64,000 nt of DNA from Camelus dromedarius. Lineage: Eukaryota. The notes beneath the pieces were generated by a model. It searched no databases, was not told where the DNA came from, and was given only the letters and a program-made list of their open reading frames with translations. Each line of letters starts with the position of its first letter. Within the stretch, counting starts at the first letter, position 1. Positions 61,752 through 64,000 of this stretch are shown here, one piece after another. Position numbers and translations under genes: made by a program. The stretch covers positions 5,642,001 through 5,706,000 of the forward strand of contig NC_087437.1 of NCBI RefSeq assembly GCF_036321535.1, in the 5' to 3' direction.

Positions 61752-63065
61752 CAAGAGGAACATTTGACATGGAGACGGGGCCATAGGACTGGCTCCGCCA
61801 GCAAGTCCAGAAGTCTCCACTGACAACAGAATATACAGCCACAAAATAGAATGTGGACCTAAATACTCAGAAGCTCCTCTACTAGCTTTTTTTGGGTCAC
61901 AAAATACGAATTGAATAAATAATTCTAGTGGAACAGAGGATGCGTGGAGTGTACAAATGTTGGCAAAATGGCCAAATTTAGGCAGCATTAAAGTTGGACT
62001 CTAAGAGCTAAGAAATATAATGACATTCAAAGGAAATATGAATTTTCATAGCTATCTGAAAGACAAACAATGATTAATTTTAGTGTATCTCAAACTTGCT
62101 TAAATTGACATACCTTCTACTCGTGTTCATGGTGTGAATGTCATGGTGCAAACCACTTACCCATGAATCTCAGCTGGTAAACATGACATGGAGAGTCATA
62201 AGAATATATTAAATATATGGACACCTATCATATTTTCAGACAAAGGGAAGAAAACGAAACACACATTTTTCCCCTATCAAGGCAGCATTTAAGCATAAAC
62301 CCAGAATACCCCAAATGTCTGGGCTTACAAGATGTAAATATGGCAAGAAGTGTCAGATAACCTACATTTCCAAAAACAAATCCCCAAACAATGACTCTTT
62401 TGCCTTATCCCCCTGTGCTTAGCAAAAAAAGCTGTAGTTTAAATCGTGAAAAAAATAGCAGGTCCATGAATACTGCTGTTAATTGTGTTAATGTTTGCAG
62501 AGATGTGCTTGCTGGCCACCAACAGAATGAAAAATATGCACAGGATTGTTCTGACATCTGTAGTTAGAAAATAAAAGGTAGGGGGAGTGGGGTTTCTGTT
62601 CAAAGCAGCTTTTGTGTGTTACATGTTCCAGATACATTAAATATTTGTTTATAGTCTCTGTTTCCCACGCATTCAAGTTTAAGTAAAACCAACACCAAAG
62701 AAATAGGTGAATAGATATGTAACTTTGAGATTCAAGTTAGTATTAAAATGTAAATAAAATGTGGAAAATGTCCTTAAAAGAATGATAGCAAAGTGAGAGC
62801 CCTCTTAGTTTAAGTCATTTGAGACCTCCAATTACATAAAAATAAAAATCACTACATAAAAATCACTCCTCATATGAACTGTGTTAAGTACATCCCCAGT
62901 AATGAAAACATTTTTCTTTTGAGAATTAAGATGATTTTAATGGTTTTTTTTTTTACTATTATTTTTCCCTTTTCATATTTTGAGCCATTCATTCATTCAT
63001 CTTAGATCTGGACTGTTTAATTCATTCATTCATTTTAGATCTGGACTATTTTCTGTAGCCTTTAG

Positions 63066-63162
63066 AATAACCTATTTTTTTTTAATGGAGGCACTGGGGA
63101 TGGAACCCAGGACCTCGTGCATGCTAAGCGCACGCTCTACCACAGAGTTACACCCTCCCCTC
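63066..63162 (-). mobile_element. Camelid tRNA-Ala SINE (short)
   Basis: TSD attttctg(t/c)agccttta (63048-63064 / 63163-63179). Confidence 0.9.
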
Positions 63163-64000
63163 ATTTTCTGCAGCCTTTAAAAATTCCTGGAGTTTGGGCA
63201 TTGAGCCTATGGAGTCTAAGGAATGAAACAGCCCAGTTGTTAAGATTCTGGATCCCAATTTCCTCATCTATGAAGGAAGTGTTTCCCAGACTGAACTATA
63301 AAGCAGCTTTGTTGGGGATTAAATTCTCTATCAGGCGATCTCGGTGAGGGGTAGGGAAGGGAGGGAATGAGTTGAATTGGAATCATGCCTTCTGAGGAAG
63401 TGTCAGGTGTACAGAATTTGCCTTTGGTGAAAATGTCTCTAGGACTGCTGTAGTCGATGTTTTCCTGCAGAACTCTCCAGAAGGTCAGCTCATTCCTGAG
63501 TGAGCCTCTTTAGGGTCAGTCCTTGCGTTTCCTGTGGCCATGCTGTCCAATATGGCAACCATCAGCCACGTGTGGCTATTTAAATTTAAGTTAATTCAAA
63601 TAAAATAAAATAAATGCAGCGCCTCCTTCACACTAGGCAAATTTCAAGTGGACTAGCTACACATGGCCAGTGGCTACAGTATTGGGCAGTGCAAATGTAG
63701 ATCGCTTCCGTCACTGCAGCCAGTTCTGCTGAACGATGCTGTCCTGTAGTCTTGGTGTCTTTTCTTCCCCCTGCAAAGAAAAACACTTGTTCTTTCAATA
63801 GCCAAAAGAGTTTAAAAAAAAAAAAAAAACAATTTTTTTGAAGTACAATGTGCACAACCTAAAATTCACCCATTTCTAGTGAACAAGTCAAAAATTTTTA
63901 GTAAACTTATCAAGGTTTCTTTTCTGGAGCACAAAACACAGAGAATGATCAGAGTGACTATTTTCTCAAGTCTCCCAAGGACAATTCCAGATGCCAACGA

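Noticed and set aside
1..64000. Minus-strand excess of ERV1 LTRs and young L1 tails as evidence for a plus-strand host intron
   Set aside because: Counts are small and several L1s and LTRs are on the plus strand, so this cannot be supported from this window alone.

Overview
Mammalian nuclear DNA, very likely camelid (Camelus/Vicugna/Lama). The basis is twelve tRNA-Ala-derived SINEs of the Vic-1 type plus artiodactyl-style L1 3' ends. I could not recognise any host protein-coding exon, so the window looks intergenic or deep-intronic. The ORF track is essentially noise apart from decayed L1 ORF2 fragments. About half the sequence is interspersed repeat: L1, SINE, MIR/L2, MLT1/MLT2/LTR16, three ERV1-type solo LTRs, and hAT and mariner MITEs. 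The highlights are: (1) a full-length U6 snRNA-L1 chimeric retrocopy whose U6 part shows a strong AT-to-GC substitution skew; (2) two ungapped inverted duplications, 97 bp at ~88% identity 2 kb apart in sequence I do not recognise as a repeat, and 130 bp at ~82%; (3) two unrelated solo LTRs sharing the target AGTG|CATG, one at the centre of a 16-bp palindrome; (4) an LTR carrying a CCAAT/octamer array; (5) a SINE+MLT1+poly(A) composite, a tailless L1 with TSD-like flanks and a serial SINE insertion; (6) several hairpins and candidate enhancers (RFX, STAT, CRE). I found no clear novel biological system. Repeat subfamily names and the U6 reference are from memory, and alignments were counted by hand.
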